A stretch of DNA of 63,337 nucleotides, counting the filler, from Octopus bimaculoides (Eukaryota): the NCBI RefSeq assembly GCF_001194135.2. It is 4 parts of 4 records of this genome, joined end to end, with 100 filler letters (N's around TTAATTAATTAA, not from the genome) between each part and the next. Parts side by side here need not be neighbours in the genome. Positions count along the whole stretch, not along the records: positions 34,587 to 53,842 come from NC_068990.1; 3 more parts are not named here. The stretch is one strand, 5' to 3'. The notes beneath the pieces were generated by a model. It made no database searches, was not told the origin of the DNA, and was given only the letters and a program-made list of their open reading frames with translations. How positions within the stretch are numbered: the stretch's first letter is position 1; every line of letters begins with the position of its first letter. Positions 37,795 through 50,867 of this stretch are shown piece after piece. Position numbers and translations under genes: made by a program.

Positions 37795-40094
37795 ATAATA
37801 ATAATAGTTTCAAATTTTGCCGCAACGGGAGCCATTTTAGGGGCGGGGATAAGTCGATGACATCGACCCCAGTGTTCTTAATTTATTTATTTCTTAATTT
37901 ATTTATTTGTGCTACTTCTGTCCCTTTAAGTTCAGAGTTCAAACACCAATGATGTCGACTTTGCTGTTCGTCCTTGGTAAACGATAAAATAAAGTACTAT
38001 TTGAACACTTGGGTCAATGTAATAAGCTTACTGCCACCCCTGAAATTGTTGGCCTGTGCCAAAATTTAAAATCATTATTATTAGTAGTACTACACAGAAT
38101 CGTTAGCACGTCGGGAAACATTCACGGTGGCATTGCCTCTAACTGCTTCCGTTCTGATTTCAAATATTACAGAAGGTAACTTTGCTGCTGAAGTTTTCTG
38201 GGTCGTTAAATGTAGTAACATTCAATTACTGAGGTAGAGGTAATTGACTATTTTCCTTGGCGGAGCGCCAAAATTGAAACCATTATTATTATAACTGTTA
38301 ATATTATTATTAAGTTACTCTTAAATATATTACCTCTTGAATTAAAAATAAAAATTACATACCAGACAAGTGGTTTCATTTTTTTTCCCTCTCATCAAAT
38401 TCAAAATTTGATTAAAGTCTGATGCAAAGAAATAAGCTTAGCCCCAGGTGATTCATCACAAAAGAATGTTAATTCACTAAAAAAGAAAAAAAGTATATAC
38501 CACATGAAAGAAAAATTACAAATTTTCCGATTGGATTTTTACACACTTGATTAACTTAACCAATTTTCTCGTATGTTTTCTTCGTTGCTTACAAAGTGAT
38601 TTTTGTTTTTCCATTTTACTTTCAATACCGAATCCTCTGTGAATGGTAAAATGCTTCGCTAATATGAGTCATTACAAAAACAAAACAAAAATTGTCATAA
38701 TAACCAAAGGCATCTTGCAATGACGGAGAAATAAATTCAAGAAATCTCTCTTGTATTATCCACTTAGTTTTTAATCAATTTTTTTTCTGGCGAAATTCAA
38801 TTCCTTGATATCTGTTTTATATGTTCCTTGACTTATTTGTACTCAATGAAATCATTATTTAACTCCAGAAAACTAGTGGCTGTCTGCATCAATAATGAAA
38901 TTCAGTAAAACTTCACCAATAAGGAAGTGAGTTACGTTATACTCAAAATATAAAGGATCTCCCACCTTTACCAAGCATCCGAGCTCGAAACAGTTTGGGA
39001 TTTAAATATGTTATCGTCCCTATTGTCATCGCCCTATGTTATTGTGTCCTATTTCTATTTTTGCAACCATTTAATATTCATTAAATATTTAGACTTCCTC
39101 GTTTATGGAATTATTAATAAATTTTCAGGAAAATCCTTTGCTCAATCTAGAATGTAATTTCGTTTTCGCTCTGCATAGATGCAAACACACAACCACTTTC
39201 ACTGCTCCTTTTCCACTGATGTTATGGATGCACAAAACACACACAAGCATAGAAATGATTATGTATCAGCGTCTGTATGCGTATGTATGTACTTATGCAT
39301 ACCTGTATGTAAGAGTTTGTGTGTGCATCTACACATACACACACATACACATATGCATAATTCATATAGGGCTAGACAAAATTAGGTATACGGTTGCTTG
39401 ATATGAGTGGAAAGTTCATTTCTCTATTTCTGTTTTGGGATAAGAATTCTATGATTCTATGAGTCATATTAAGCAACTGCATGCCTGTTTTTGCTCATCT
39501 CTGTGTGCGCGTGTGTGTGTAGTAACGTACAAGATAAAGGCTTGTTGTTTTAAATATAATTGCCGATCCACTGAGGCTGCACCAATCACTTGTTGGCATT
39601 CCGTAACATTCTTCTCGAAATGAGAAGAGATAATTCCATAATCGAGAAGCCTGAATTTTCATGCAGTGTGACTGCCTAAACGCAAGAAAGCAGCTTTTGA
39701 TACGTGTTTCTGTCGCAATAGGCGTCATCAGCAGACTAACTCTGGTATATTATCTTAAGAGCCAGAACATTTAGTCATATACAAACAGAGTGAAAAACAT
39801 ATATGGTTCTGATAACTTGCATAAATAGAACGAGAGTGCACTAAGAGAAACAATTCAGAATTGCCATCGAAATGTATTTGAAGAAGATCATATTTAACAA
39901 AGAAAGATCTGGATTCATTGAAGTTATCATGGCTTCCGGAGAGCATAGACCGATCGCATGGAGGCAACTAGTGAGTACATGAATTGGAAAAGAGAGTAAA
40001 TTTCAAGAATCCGAAATTATAGGCCATACATCTATCCATCCTAGTAACAGCGTAGAAATTCGAGAAGATACTTCGTTTTAATTCAAGCTTTTAA

Positions 40095-40510
40095 ATGATG
40101 TTACCTTTTACTTGTTTCAGCAATTAGACTGTGGCCATGTTGAGGTATAGCCTTGAAGAATATTTGAGTCGAATGAATCGCCCCCAATACTTATATTCTT
40201 AAAGCCTTTTACTTATTCTATCGGAATGTTTTTTTGCAGAAACGCTAAGTTACGGAGACGTAAAAAAAACTATACCGGTTGCCAAGTAAAGGTGGGGACA
40301 AACATAGACACAAAGACACACACTCACACATACGCACACACACACATATACACACATACGTGTGTGTATATATATGTACAATGAGCTTATTTCAGTTTCT
40401 GTTTGCCAAATCCACCAACAAGACTTTTGTTGACAAGACGCTATAGTAGAAGACACTTGCCCAAGGTGTCACGTCATATGACTAAACTCGGAACTATGTA
40501 GCTAGGAACG
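40095..40510 (-). mobile_element. Composite SINE (D tail + microsatellite + B head)
   Basis: ttttacttgtttcagcaattagactgtggccatg...; ttcagtttctgtttgccaaatccacc...ctatagtagaagacacttgcccaaggtg. Confidence 0.75.
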
Positions 40511-42284
40511 CCAGCACTTCTTTTGTTTTTATGTTTCCATGCGATAAATGCATGTGTTTTAATAGCCCGCTGTGTACTTTAATAAGAATACTGCAAGTGC
40601 TAAACTCTAGCTGATTTGGAATTTTGTTGTTAGCTAACTTTTACTCAATAGTCGATAATCCCCCGAAGTACACATAAAGTGGAGAGAACCAAAGTATTAA
40701 TCAAACAATTAGATAATTTATTAAATGGTTGAATAGTTGATCAACAATAATAAAAGTGAATGAGAGCCAGTGCGTATGTATATTATTGGCATAATGATCG
40801 TCCTATATGCAATGATATTTTTCTTCCAAACTAGATAGAAAATTAGAATTTTGTATGAAATTATGATTCTATCATAATTTGTGATAAATCTAGGTGTATA
40901 TTTCTATCTATTGCAATAAACATCTGCCCCGTTTATTCTCACACTCCGAATTGCCCACTACATTATATGACACAATGAGAAATAGAAAGCAAGCTTTCTT
41001 ATCACACATTTCAAACTATTTAGAAGATGTGATTACGTAGTATTGAAGATTTGGTGTCCGATCGATTAGATGATAGCTACTTTTAGAAAACTTTTACTAA
41101 CACGAAAATGGATTTTTCTTAATAAAAAACTTTTATCTTTCCAACTTCAGAATGCCTCTTGAGATAACAGTATAATTTACTATGACTCCACTTTGGATTT
41201 TTGAAGCCAATGATGTCTTGTTCTCGTTTATATATACATTCATATACACATAAATACATACGTACATACATACATAAATACATAAATACATACATACATA
41301 CATATATACATTCATAGATGAAACATGCACGTATATATATGCATGTATACATACAAAATCATGCTTTCAAACACTCATGCATACAGACATACTATTATGC
41401 ACATATATATATATATATGTGTGTGTGTGCATATATATATATATAAAGACAAATCAATAGCTATACATATACACATAAACGCACATACATACATACATAT
41501 AGACATATGTAATTATACAAATATACATACGTGTGTGTGTGTTCGTGCGCGGGTATGTATAAATGTGCGTCGGTGCAAGACTAAAACATTTTAGCACACA
41601 GGCCTTCATATGCGTGCGAGTGCGTGTGTGTGTGTGTGTGTGTTTGCGTGTGCGTGTATGTGTGTGTGTGTGTGTATGCATATATGTTGGTATGTATTAA
41701 TGCATGTCTGTATCTGTCCAGAAATTGTGTATGCATTTTCATTGGAATTCAAAGCTTTTCAATATTTTTATTCTGGAGTGTCACAGCATCTTATAAGTAG
41801 TACAGGGATATTTACAGAGAGATTGATTCAACAGTACACACTCTATATAAGACAGAATCCAAGATGTTATAGCAATCATAAATATATTTTATAGATTCTT
41901 CTTCCGACACCTCCGTAGAACTGGAAAATAAAAGCAGATGTTAAGATTGCATATTGCAAATAGGTAACATTCCATCTGACAGATTAACCCACTTAAGTGT
42001 CTCATATATATAATCTAAAGTAATACATGTCATACAACACGATACAGAAGTTAGAGATCTAGAATAGCTGTGCAGGAAAAATAATATTTTGAACAAGTCA
42101 TCAATGCATTGAAAATAAAATGCTTGTATCGCTTTGACATGAAGTCAGTTCACCTGTCAAAGAGTGATCCTTTTAAAATGTCAAATAATGCAGATATATC
42201 TTACACCAAGGGAAGTTTGTTACTTTTTAGATAGCAAAAGACAAAAACTGCAGCAGCAGCAACAACAACAATAATAATAATAAT

Positions 42285-42501
42285 CTTTTCTACTATAGCC
42301 AGAAGGCCTGAACTTTTTGGGGAAGGGGAGGGCAGTTGGTTAGATTGACCCCAGTACGCAACTAATACTTAATTTATTGACTCCGATAGGATGAAAGGCA
42401 AAGTCAACTTCGGTGGAATTTGAACTCAGGACGTAAAGTCAGACGAAATGCTGCGAAGCATTTTGCCCAGCGTACTAACGATTTTGTCAGCTTACCGCCT
42501 C

Positions 42502-42564
<63 letters not shown>

Positions 42565-42778
42565 TTCTCTTATATGCATAAGGCCTGAAATTTTGGGGAG
42601 TGGGGCCCAGTCGATTAGATCGACACCAGTACGCAACTGGTACTTAATTTAACAATCCCTGAACGGATGAAAGGCAAAGTCGACCTCGGTGGAATTTGAA
42701 ATCAGAACATGGCGACAGGCAAAATACCATTAAGCATTTCGCCCAGCATGCCTGTTTGTCTGCCAGCTTGCGGCCTTA
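42285..42778 (-). mobile_element. Two tandem SINE family F copies separated by (AAT)n
   Basis: 42285-42500 and 42565-42778 are collinear. Confidence 0.85.
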
Positions 42779-43176
42779 ATAATAATAACAACAACAACAA
42801 CAGCAACAACAACAACAACAACAATAATAATAATAATAATAATAATGATAATAATAATAATAATGATAATTAAAAGTAATTGCATATTAATATGCCCTTT
42901 ACTGCCTATAACTGTGATGCACATAGGTTGATGGGATCTTCACTAACGGCAAATTTTTTTAAACAAAGCCGATAAGTTACCTGCCGTCGCTTTTGTAATA
43001 CGTTCTAAACATCTGGACTGCAAGCATATATGTCAAAGAAATAAAAGCATTAAATATATGTCAAAGAAATACAAGCAGTGAATATATTTATTTGCCTGTA
43101 TATTTTCGTTGCTCCAACTCACTTTCTATTTCGTATCTTATCTAAATTAACTATTGTTAAACCATCTTCTCACGCC

Positions 43177-43224
43177 GTCTCCGATGAAGGGATATAATAA
43201 ATATCCTGGAAAGAGCAGTAAGAC
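43177..43224 (+). ncRNA. Degenerate minimal hammerhead motif
   Basis: GTCT CCGATGA A GGGATAT-aataa-ATATCCT G GAAA GAGCAG T A AGAC: helix I GTCT/AGAC, 7-bp helix II, core U4>C. Confidence 0.45.
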
Positions 43225-43287
43225 CTATTTATAAATATTCTAAAATCTACACAGCCTTGGTTTCTTATCTCATTACGAAAAGTGAAT

Positions 43288-43322
<35 letters not shown>

Positions 43323-44064
43323 CATACATACATACATACATACATACATACTTTGCTTTGCTTACGTGAAGGTTAAGTTGAACATGCAATTTTATCATTA
43401 AACCTATAATTGTTCATATATTCGATATCCACGTTCTGTTTGATAGAAAAATATTTTTATTTTCCCAAAGCACAAACATAGATGTACATTTATATATTAT
43501 GTTAGTAGCAAGTATAACTATAACGCTTAGTTTCTAGTTTGTTGTAATCATTGCTACATAAATATGTAACCCCAAAATGTCAAGATATAAGGTTTTATTT
43601 ATATATCTAATCATCACCATAATTATATACATTTTTATATTTACGTATTTGTTTCGCAAGATTCCTGATGTGAAATGCCGCGAAGAAATATATATATATT
43701 GTTATATTTCGTGTTGGTAATTTTTTTCTCTTTTTTCGTCAAGTAACCACACACACCACATATAATTTACTTAATATTTATTTCATCTGCCTGAAAAAAA
43801 TTACGTACAATATGTTCCGCATTGTATTTCCATCCTGTAAATCCATTCATATGGATTTTAGTTTCTGGAATGTTTATATTACCATCTTCGTTTCGAACTC
43901 TATCAGCCACATACATTAAGCAAACATTTTTCAAAATTTGATTTAATTGTTTTTAATTCGAATCTAGTTTGCTAAGAGGAAAATATACAGATGCAATGCA
44001 TGTGCTGATGTTTGAGGATAAAACTGGATCGAAACACACTAGAAAAATATTTTGATTTCAAATT

Positions 44065-44450
44065 TTAGCACTACGTCATAAATTTCGGGACGGGTGTAAG
44101 TTGATACCATCGACACTTGTACTCAACTGGTATGTGTTTTATCAACCGCGAAAGGAAATTCGAGTTCGGTAGAACTTGAACTTAGAACATAAACACGGAC
44201 GAAAGGGCGCTAAGCAGTTCGCTACCTTAGTAATGGTTTCAAATTTTAGTGCAAGGCCAGCAACTTAGTGGGTGGGAGTAAGTCGATTACTTCAACTCCA
44301 GTGCTCAAATGGTACTTACTTCATCGACCGCGGAAGATGAAAAGCAGAGTCAAGCTAGTGGAGTTTGGGCTCAGAATGTGAAGATGGACGAAATGATGCT
44401 AAGCATTTTCGCCCGGCGTGCTAACAATTCTGCCAGTTCGCCACTTTGAT
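44065..44450 (-). mobile_element. Two adjacent degraded SINE family F copies
   Basis: tttcaaattttagcac...ctcaactggta...gaacttgaacttagaac; aatggtttcaaattttagtgcaaggccagcaac...gcccggcgtgctaacaattctgccagttcgcc. Confidence 0.75.
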
Positions 44451-44704
44451 AATATTATGAAAAAACATTCACAAACATTTCATCTCTATAAACGAAAGAA
44501 ACACGGTGACTTAATATGTAAGTAAAATATAGTATTAAATGACAAAGTAAATCTGTGTATTATCGGTGTATTATCTGTGTATTATGTTATTTCGAGCCAC
44601 ATCCTAAAAACAAAGCTCATTGAAGTTTTGAACCTTACAATTCTTAGAAAATTACTATTTGTATATCTCATAACGAGAAATATTCAGCTACAGTACTCTG
44701 GAGT

Positions 44705-45210
44705 AAGGATTATTTGCCAACAAAACATGGCAGTCTTGGTTTAAGATGACTGTTGCTGTAATTTAGTCCTAGGAGACATCGTCTCCAGCTGGCTATACGA
44801 GACGATCTGTGTCCTTATATATTCGAACAAGGGAATCTAGCACCCCCACTCAGCTCAAAACAATATCTGTGTATCGCGATTTCCACGTTATTTCCCTTCA
44901 TCAGTAATTTTCTAATTTATAGATCAATGACTAGTTGTCACTTTGAAAAGTATATATTTCGAACGGTAGTTTGGCAGCGCCACCTCTAGCTGAACAATTA
45001 TTCTGGACTGATGAAGGGAAATAATCCGGAAATCGCGATACACAGATATTGTTTTGAGCTGAGTGGGTGTTCTAGATTCCCTTGTTCGAAAATATAAGGA
45101 CAAAGATTGTGTCGTATAGCCAGCTGGAGACGATATCTCCTGGGGCGAAATTACAGCAACATTTTACCTACCTGAACCAGGACTGCCAAGTTATGTTGGC
45201 AAATAACCTT
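44705..45210. repeat. ~500-bp inverted repeat (arms 44705-44905 and 45007-45210, 101-bp spacer)
   Basis: Arms are reverse complements, e.g. aacaagggaatctagcacccccactcagctcaaaacaatatctgtgtatcgcgatttcc vs ggaaatcgcgatacacagatattgttttgagctgagtgggtgttctagattcccttgtt. Confidence 0.93.
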
Positions 45211-45606
45211 TAATTAAAATTCTTATATTAACTATTAATTCTAATTTCATAATGTGTAAAGAGCAGAGTGCGATGTACTGATGTTATTGCTACACTATTT
45301 CTATCAAACGCGTTTGTGTATGTAACCATATGCAGGATTTTTCATATTCAAACTTGTTGCTAACATCATTTAGTTTTAAATCAAATTTTGAATTTCAACA
45401 AAATAGTCTCTACATATTCAGATTATGAAAATATTGCATTTATCTCAAATTCTCTTACCGTGATGTAATGCCTTCAGATTCATTACTTAAGGAAATATCA
45501 ATTATGTATCAGTATGTTAAATGTCTCTTGTGTTTAGTAGACTGCGTGATGCAACAACGAAAAGAAAAATAAACAAACTCATCACTAACTTCTTGTAGAA
45601 GGTAAC

Positions 45607-45677
<71 letters not shown>

Positions 45678-46169
45678 TGATCAGTTGTTTGATCACTTAA
45701 TCGTTATTGATAAAGCGAAAATAGATTGTGACTCATTAATGGGAGTGATTGTAATATATCATCATTATAGTTGTCAAGCTGTTATCTCTTGTAACTAAAT
45801 ACGAGAGCGATATGTTAGTAGTCGTCAGTGAATAATGTTATCTAAGTTTAAAACTAACCATTAGTGGTACATTTCCTGGTAGCAACTAACCATCAGAGGT
45901 ACATTACTCCGTAGGAACTAGACGTTGATGCAATAACACTTGCGTCCGAGTGTAGTATCAAAGACAAAGGCATCTAATCAACTGGAAATTTGATTATTTT
46001 CTTAAAGTTTTCTTCTGGGTTGGTAACTGTAGACATGCATTTCTTCAATCGTGTATAGAATGCATTTCTTCGATCATGTATAGAAACCAAATAGGAAACA
46101 TATTATAGCAAAGCATATTAAGTAACAATAATAAGAAATAAAAAAAAAAATTAAAAATAGACAAGCTAC

Positions 46170-46322
46170 ATCGGGTTTCAGTTTCCGTCCACTAAATCTA
46201 CTCACGGGATGTTGGTCGGACCGAGGCTACATTTGAAAACACCTGCCCAAGTTACTACCCAATGGGAATGAACTAGGAACCATGTGGTCGGGAAGCAATC
46301 TTCCTACCACACAGCTACACCT
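46170..46322 (-). mobile_element. SINE family B head
   Basis: gggtttcagtttccgtccactaaatctactcac...ccatgtggtcgggaagcaatcttcctaccacacagctac. Confidence 0.75.
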
Positions 46323-48584
46323 CTCGAAATATTTTTACGATTCATGATATAATAGAAGACATTTAGATGAAACCTCATATTTACGTTGCTACTTTAATGT
46401 GATCTGAACGAATTGGTCAAAGGATTGCAGAGGCTCATGTTTCTAACGTCCTTAGTTGTTGTGAAGATGTTTGATCAGGATTCAGAGAGGAAGTGTTAAG
46501 GTGATCTTCAGTAATTTTGGCAATTTGTGTAAGAGCAATACCATCATACTTTATATAGGATATCTCCTAATTCTGACAAGTCTCTCATTGTTTCGATTAG
46601 TTTCTTGATACTAGGAAAAAACACAGGAGCATATTTGGTATTTTATTGTTACAGTTTTAAGTTCTTGTAATAAAGGGCTATGTTTAATATGGATGTTCTT
46701 TCCCAAGTAGACCCGGTCTTAAAGGGGAATATCAGCTAAACATGCTCATATTTGTAGCTGCTTTTTCAATATAAATTGAAGATGAGGTGGGTATTGCAAA
46801 CATATCCAAAACGCGAATGGTTTCACTAAATAAGGAACTGGATTCTCTAGGTTCTAAACCTAACGAAATAATTATCTAGACGATGCCGGCTTTCACATTG
46901 TTCGTTTTAGGAGTTGTGTGACATCAGATCAAAAGTCTATTTAGGAGAACGTGTATGCAATAAAATATTCAGTGAAGAATCCATGAAATACACTTCTTCA
47001 GCTGAGAGGACTCATCCAGAGCAACTGGAAAGAGAAATGTCAAAGCTAAAAATGACAGCCGATGAACAATAAACCATTTTCCTCAAGAGTCAATGTATCG
47101 CAAAGCAGTACAATAGCATACGCAATGCAATTCGATAGTATAAATATAAGATATTATGTTAACTAAATCAAGTTAGTTGAAATGTCTAATTAATTCAATA
47201 TAGTAATAGCTCTGGAGTAATAGCTATCAATCTCGTTTTGCTGTTGTCTTTAACAAACACTAGGCTCAGTGAAATGGTTCTCTGTTCACTTTTTGCATTC
47301 TATTCGCTTCCAGTATTCACTTCCAATCCAACACTAACATCATCCGCAGAAATAAATTTTCAGGATTTCATAGTCTGATGACATATTTAAAATAAGTTTT
47401 GAATGTTGAAACAATAAAACAACTAAAATATTTATTAAGTCTTATATTATACCCGTTAGAAATATAATCTAGTTTCTAGGAAAGACGTTGCTTTTCTATC
47501 AGTAAAATAAGTTACTTTCTAAGCATCCGATTCAAAGAATTGTAAGTATTAACCATTTTGCAAGTTGGAGAGAAAATATAATAATCGTGATTGATAACTT
47601 CCTTTAACTGGTCTTTGACATTTATTATTCATCCGACACTTTATGTTCTCAGATTTCCATGACAAAAATAACAATATCGTAGTGAGTCTGGTATTTTCTT
47701 TCAAATAGTCCGAGCTTTGTGACATATAGTAACTATATTTGCAACATATAACACAACAAAAATAGATGCTATCTTTGAGACCAAATGTATTAATCGTAAA
47801 GATTATATTTTTGTTTAAATGAGATTTTCTATTTTGTTTTTTAATTCTTTCACAACATTTTCTCAATATATTCACTTCTCATTCTTATTTAGACAGATTT
47901 CTCACCAAATCTTTGTCCTCAGCAACATTTAAATGTTTATGGAATACATAATTATCTATCACCCGTATTATTTCTTCACTGTACAGATTCAAAGTGTCTG
48001 GTAGACTTGCCAGTCTGCTCAATTGTATTGTTAATTTATTGCATTGTGTTCAATTCTATGGATATTTTAATATATTTGCTGAAGATATTGTTCACAATAC
48101 TGAAGGCTCTCGAGCTGAATATTATTTTTCTCTATATAATAGTAGACCACACATGAAACATAGGTGGCCCATTATGCTATATGCTTCTTTTCTTGTTGCA
48201 ACTCAGAAAACTTTGTTTTATTAGCCAGCTGAAAGTTAACAAGCATAAAAGAAACTGCAGAATGGAATTTACAGCCATAATGTTGCATATTGTTTGATAC
48301 TGCAGCTTTCAAGATGTTCATCGTTGTGACATGGAATTTTTGAAGTTCAGCATCTGAAAAACTTATCTTAAGAGACATATCAAAAGCTCTCCACTAATTA
48401 CTTTATACACATGGCAAATTGTCATTGACTTCTTTTGAATAATGCAGCAAATATTTCACAATTTGCTGGGCAATAGTTCAACAGGAATTTGATGTACGCT
48501 TCAGCTCTACACGAATGAAATATTCTGGAGTAAATGTTCTAAAATGTATTCGACATTTTTTGGAGAGAAGTTTTATTGATTTCA

Positions 48585-48790
48585 AATTTTGGAATAAGAT
48601 CAGCAATTTCGAGAAAGAGGTTAAGTCGATTTCATCGATCCCAGTGTTCGACTGGTGCTTATTTTATCGACACCGAACCAATGAGAAGCAAAGTCGACCC
48701 CAGCGGCATTTGAACTTTGAACCTAAAGTCGGACAAAATAATGCAAAACATTTTGTCCGGCGTGCTAGCGATTGTACCAGCTCGCTGCTT
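48585..48790 (-). mobile_element. SINE family F
   Basis: ttcaaattttggaataagatcagcaatttc...aaagtcgaccccagcggcatttgaac...cggcgtgctagcgattgtaccagctcgctgc. Confidence 0.8.
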
Positions 48791-49949
48791 TAAATGAATT
48801 TAATATATTACTACTTGCTGAATAATGAGTCAATAGTAAAAGCTTGGTTATTTAATTCTTCAGGCAGACTATTATTCATAAAGATGAAGGGCATTCAAAC
48901 GAATGTTGAATGTTCAATTTTTATTTAGTCACCATGTTAAAGAAAAAAACATTAATAATCATAAACTCAGACAGAGGGGGTTCAGGGGTGGAAGCAGACC
49001 CCTAATGTTTATGTTTATAATTTTTTTTTTTTTGAGGGGGCAGTGAAAATGCTTTGAACATCCTGGGTTGAACCTGGTTTTGCAGAGCCTAAACTAATTT
49101 CGTACCCACGATTATGCTAATAGTTTTAGATTCTGTTGTAACAGACAAGATCTAGCATAAAATTTCATACTGAAATATTTTGGACAAACGACGTCTTCAT
49201 TTGTGAATCACTAACTAACTACTGTTAATTCATATTCGTTTTCGGGTAAAGAGTTCTAAAATATTTCTAGTATTTACTTAATTGATATATTATCTATTCA
49301 TGTATACTCAATGTATAACCGTTTCGGTATATTATTCGTAAAATTCTGATTACAAAAAGTCTGTATGTCTCTAAAACATCCTATTTTGATATGTGATAAG
49401 AAGGCAATATAACATGTTTTAATGATTCCATTATTTTAAGCAACGTCTGATCACTGTCCATGTAGTAATGATTTCTGTTTCAATACGTTATGAAAATCTT
49501 TAGAAAATATCTCATGAATTGTATTTCTGGATTTCCTATGCCAATGCTATATTCAAAAATTTCGTCTTATACTCTTCTATGTGAAGTTAGCGATTACGTA
49601 ACACTGCATTGTATATTCAAGCCCGTATTTTCAATAGCTAACTATTCTAGAGATAGAGGAAATAGTCTAATTCACTTATACCAATTGATACTGATACATT
49701 GTGAAGTTAAGACTCTCCTCGTGTATTCTCTAAGATGTCATTTAATGGGTGTTGATATTTAAGAGTGGCTTTTAAAAGAGACTGTCTGTTGCTGAAAGAA
49801 TTACATCAGCCTGGTGTCTGTAAGTTCTTAATAAGTTTAAAATTCTACTTGTCCGGTTTTATGCATCACAGATTTTCTGCAGATTCACTACTTAAGGTTA
49901 TTCTAGTCGACAAAAATAATGTTCGACTATTCGATGTGACAAAATCAGT

Positions 49950-50159
49950 TAAGAAGGACGGCAAGCTGGCTGAGTCGTTAGCGCTCCAGACAAAGTGTTT
50001 AACAACAATGCGTCCGTCTTTACGTTTTGTGTTCAAATTCATCCGAGGTCGACTTTCCTTTTTTATATGATTCATTTCGATAAATTATGTACTACTTGAT
50101 CACTGGGATCGATGCGATTGACTACATCCCTTCCCCTTAAACTTATCGGCCTTTAAACC

Positions 50160-50160
<1 letters not shown>
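49950..50160 (+). mobile_element. SINE family F (plus orientation, degraded)
   Basis: ggcaagctggctgagtcgttagcgctcc...tgttcaaattcatccgaggtcgactttcc. Confidence 0.65.
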
Positions 50161-50215
<55 letters not shown>

Positions 50216-50458
50216 GGAGCTCTCGGTATTACTCTGGTTGATTTTATGACAGCGGACAACGACCTGTTGTCAGAGATCTCGCAGTGTCTCTTACTGCAAA
50301 TAATAATCTTTGGTACTTAGATATTAACTTATCGTGGAAGACCAAGTACCAATCGCAAAATCCTAGCTGTTCCCAATAGGGAAGACTTTTGAGCCTGCTA
50401 TGCCCTCACGTCAATTCCAATTTCTTCGACATTATTATCTTCATCATCATCATCATCA

Positions 50459-50520
<62 letters not shown>

Positions 50521-50537
50521 TATTATTATTATTATTT

Positions 50538-50572
<35 letters not shown>

Positions 50573-50811
50573 TTTCCTCATCCTTAGTGTATTGCGGGTT
50601 TAGATAATATAAGCTGAGGAGAGTGTCAGACAGAAGTCTATGGATTATCTCACTGTGTCAGACTATGCCATGAGATGAAATGTCACCGGCGTCAATTTTC
50701 TAGTCCATTAATTTAGCTTCGATAGAATGAGTACAAACCAAGTGTTGATGTCGATTATATTTGTTATGTGGCATTTTAGAAAATATATATTAGAATTTAT
50801 TAATGTTTATA

Positions 50812-50867
<56 letters not shown>

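Noticed and set aside
39560-39960. Possible piggyBac transposase remnant (minus IFFKYISMAILNCF)
   Set aside because: A single short motif with no supporting DDD or cysteine-rich domain that I could read.
44975-44990. CTCF-like motif cagcgccacctctagc in the inverted-repeat spacer
   Set aside because: Only the GGTGGCGC half matches; the CC[AG][CG] half is absent.
46380-47070. Coding-like stretch
   Set aside because: All six frames are interrupted and no recognisable motif was found.
47900-48450. Possible hAT-like transposase remnant on the minus strand
   Set aside because: Resemblance too vague to name without a profile search.
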